A DNA stretch of 64,000 nt. Source: Eledone cirrhosa. Lineage: Eukaryota. Of the stretch, positions 60,560-64,000 are shown in pieces. The stretch lies in contig OZ024741.1 of assembly GCA_964016885.1 (NCBI GenBank), positions 56,110,001 to 56,174,000 of the forward strand. Direction: 5' to 3'. Each line of letters starts with the position of its first letter. The first letter of the stretch is position 1. Both the position numbers and the translations under genes were made by a program. Below the pieces are notes generated by a model. It worked only from the letters and a program-made list of their open reading frames with translations, searched no databases and was not told the DNA's origin.

Positions 60560-63500
60560 TCTGTCCGCCCGTGTTATGGGAAGGCCATCAATATGATTGA
60601 CTGACTTGTCATTTTATCATGTAATTTATATATATATATGACTATTTCTTTTTAGTGTTCCTATAATGCCTAAGTATTACTATCATGTAAGTGTTGTTGT
60701 TACTCTCCACGCCCTTATCTGTTTATTCACATTTGTACAAGGCAGAGAGAGAAATACATTTCTGAAAGTCGGATGTTATGTTTACCGCTTCAAGTAGCAA
60801 ATGTCATCTCTAAATGTGGGTAGAAGATACTTGCCCAAGACGCTACGCAGTAGGATCGAATACGAGACATCACGATTGCGAAGCAAACCGCGACTAAGAC
60901 CTGATCCAGACATGGCTGTGTGACTCGATGTCATTAATTGGTGTTCAGCCGCATCTTTTCTCCATTAGGGCCTGAGTCAACGGGGGTGCTTTTACTTAGT
61001 TGTTCTATTACTAGAAATAAAACCTCCATCAAACTACATCATGTCATCTTTAAAAAGGGGACACATTGGATAATGTAGTCTTATACAGTTTTACTATAGC
61101 AGGATAAGATGTACTTGGCTGTTCGATAAAAACTGGCCTGGCACGAAACAACAACTATTGGAGAAATGTTAAGTCTTCTTCAAAACTGAACAGGCACATT
61201 TATGTGTTCGAATAATATTACACATACATACTATTTATATATAAACAATTGTAACTCTAGAATATTAATAATTAATATCAGCGAGAACCGACATACCATT
61301 AATGAAATCGGCAACAATACAGAATTAACTCTTTGCTAAAAATCAGGAACAATACTGAGTGTCATGCAGAAAAACCACCACTAAACTCTCATGAAAATGT
61401 AAGACTGATCATAAAAACTTGATTTATTTACTCTACAGATAATACTTACTTGACTTTTATGGATTTCCGACTTTGCAAAGTATATATTTTCAGAGAAAAT
61501 TATAAAATAAATGTTCAAAATTCCCTCTGTAAAACAGCAGCCGATAATTTGAATCACGTGACTATCTCTTTTATGGAGGTGGACTGAAAGGGACCGCAGA
61601 AAATGTTTCCGTCAATTCTTATCTATGAAAGTTGTTGGGGCTTTTTTCTTTCTTTTTGATAACCGAATAGAATACAGTTTGTAGAATATAATAAAATAGC
61701 ACTGAAATTTTTTCATGACTGCAACGAAAATATAATAAACTGAGTCGTAGTAAAGTTACTACAACTCTCATCTGTCATAGTCATTACCCTCGCCATCATT
61801 TTACGTCCATTTTCCATACTGGTATTCGTTGGATGTTTTATTGAGAGGCATAATTACAGTTTAGTGCACACCCACCGGCTTTGTTTCTTCCAAACTTTCT
61901 GATAGTTGCATACTTTTTTTTTTAATGAAATTTTGCTGAGCTACGCTTTTGAAAGTGTAGATAACGGTTAATTAAATGAAAACATGATTTTTTTTCTCAC
62001 GCAATTCATAGTTGTAAGAATGACATTACACTGATCAGTAATATTCATTATCAATATGAAATTGGAAAGTACGATGAACAAATTTTAGAGTTTACATTTA
62101 GCTTATTACAAAATACAGATCGAAAGTATTCAGTAATAAAAACAATAATGAAAGTTTTATGATCCCTTCTTTATTTTCAAGCAATTGTAATGAACTTGCA
62201 TTTTTAGTAGGGGATAAATCTAATTAAGTCCCGTACAAGTTTTTATCTAGAGTTACAGCCCTCTTTGACGAGTCAGGGATCACTTCTTGCTTATACGTCC
62301 CAATTCTGCCAAGGTTTGTACAGTTGGATGCTCTCCCCGACATCAAACACGTTACAAAGTGTACTGCTTGTATTCTATCCTGACACAAGCACTAGAGATT
62401 GCCATATCTTCATCGAAACTGAAGAGGTCTCCGTCCATTTGTTAACCACTTTATATAGTGTACTGGGTGTAATTTATCGTGGTCTTGCTCTAGAGAGACT
62501 GCCTTGCACCCCATAAAACGTTGTTGTCTCTGTTCGTTTAAAGCAATGGGTGTGAACAAAGGAGAAAGCACTGGCAGAAGAACCAGAAAGAGACAGACAG
62601 ACAGTATGATGGGAATGGTTTGTATTAATAATAGATAGCATTAATTGCTATAGTCATTTGTTGTATATCTACAACCGAGTCACTGATACTCTACCTCAAT
62701 CAGTTTGAAAGAGCAAAAATAGGAATTCTGTGTATTGTTCCTTCTGCACTCTTAATATTTATTCTAACAAAGTGTGGTGGATTCACAGAATTAACAGAAT
62801 GTTGGATAAAATACCATGGTAGTATGTGGATCTTTACGTTCTGAGTTCAACTGAGCTTCTCATCATTGATAAAATAAAGTACCAGTCAAGTAGAATCTCC
62901 CCAAGAATTACATTGAGTGCACATGTCTGTGGAATGTTCAGCCACGTACACATTAATTTCATGAGCAGGCTGTTCTGTTGATCAAACAACTCGTCATAGT
63001 CAATGGAAGTCCATTCCATTAATGAAATTGAAGGACCAGTAATGCACTGGGTAATTGCTGAGAAACAATTAATGAAATTGAAGGACAAAGTCTCTTTCTT
63101 ATTTATATTCTGTGCCCTTTATGTTCCATCGATCTAAGCTGTTAATAAAGTAAGTTCCAATTAAGTATTGGAATTGATATAATCAGTTAAAACCTCATCT
63201 TCCCAGATTTGTGTTGTGATTTTAGTGCCTTTGCTAGAAATCATTATAAGCATTGATACAAGAGGACTGAGGGAAATACCTTAGAAGAATATTCTGCATA
63301 CAAATACTGAGAATGATTATGACCTGATGAAGGTTGGAGTAGTGTCTAGACAATGGGTCACATAAGATATATCACTCACCATAAGGTAGGATGTACTACT
63401 AAAAAAAAATTCAAGGTAATTTTTCTTTAGGCATACCATTCAGAAAGCTAAACAGGCATCAGTTTACCCCTAACTGGTCTATAGATTGGTGAGAATGAAC

Positions 63501-64000
63501 ATGCTGCATTGATTTATTATTTACTTGTTGGTCCTTCGATATCATTAATTGCTTTTCAGGCTGGGACTAGCTATATGTGTGCTCTGATGGAGCCTGTCTC
63601 AATGAGGGTGCTTTTACTTAGTCGTTCTACTTGCTAGAAATAGTAGCTAAAATCTCTGACAAACCACACCATATCATCTGGATATCGCTCTCAGAACAAG
63701 ATAAGAATGATGCTCTTATTCAGCAGATTGCATGTAGCCAGCAACAGCCACAACAGAATTTTTTTGCTATGCTTCAAATATTTCCAGCAATTTTTATATA
63801 AATTTAAACTTCTTTGCAAAGTAGCAGTAGTAGTAGTAGTAATAATCAATATTATAAAAGGAAACCTGTTTCTGTCTTACTGTATGTCCGTATATATGAA
63901 TGTGGAAAAAAATTCAACATATAGGCAATGCAACTTAAAAAATAAACAAAAACGTGTGTGAGTGCTTCTCTATGTCCTACATATGGATAATAGACAAAAG

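Overview
AT-rich, microsatellite-dense animal genomic DNA. The repeat content suggests a coleoid cephalopod such as an octopus, which is an inference. Two spliced genes lie tail to tail. On the + strand are the last ten coding exons (8157-40083, consistent splice phases, ~24 kb final intron) of a PP6 regulatory ankyrin-repeat subunit of the ANKRD28/44/52 family, whose 5' part lies outside the window. On the - strand is a small multi-exon gene (48570 to at least 58649, possibly 60559) that the ORF track misses, and its C-terminus resembles the synaptonemal-complex protein TEX12. Most of the rest is transposon-derived. There is an uninterrupted 1002-aa RTE-clade LINE ORF (APE endonuclease plus RT, with a PHD-like Cys/His finger inside the RT) and many truncated relatives. 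There are also two tRNA-derived SINE families (one carrying the 3' UTR of the intact LINE), TTAA piggyBac-type MITEs, a decayed Tc1/mariner, an R4/Dong-like remnant and a Penelope GIY-YIG remnant. Minimal hammerhead ribozyme motifs and several long fold-back palindromes are also present. All homology calls come from recalled motifs, not database searches.
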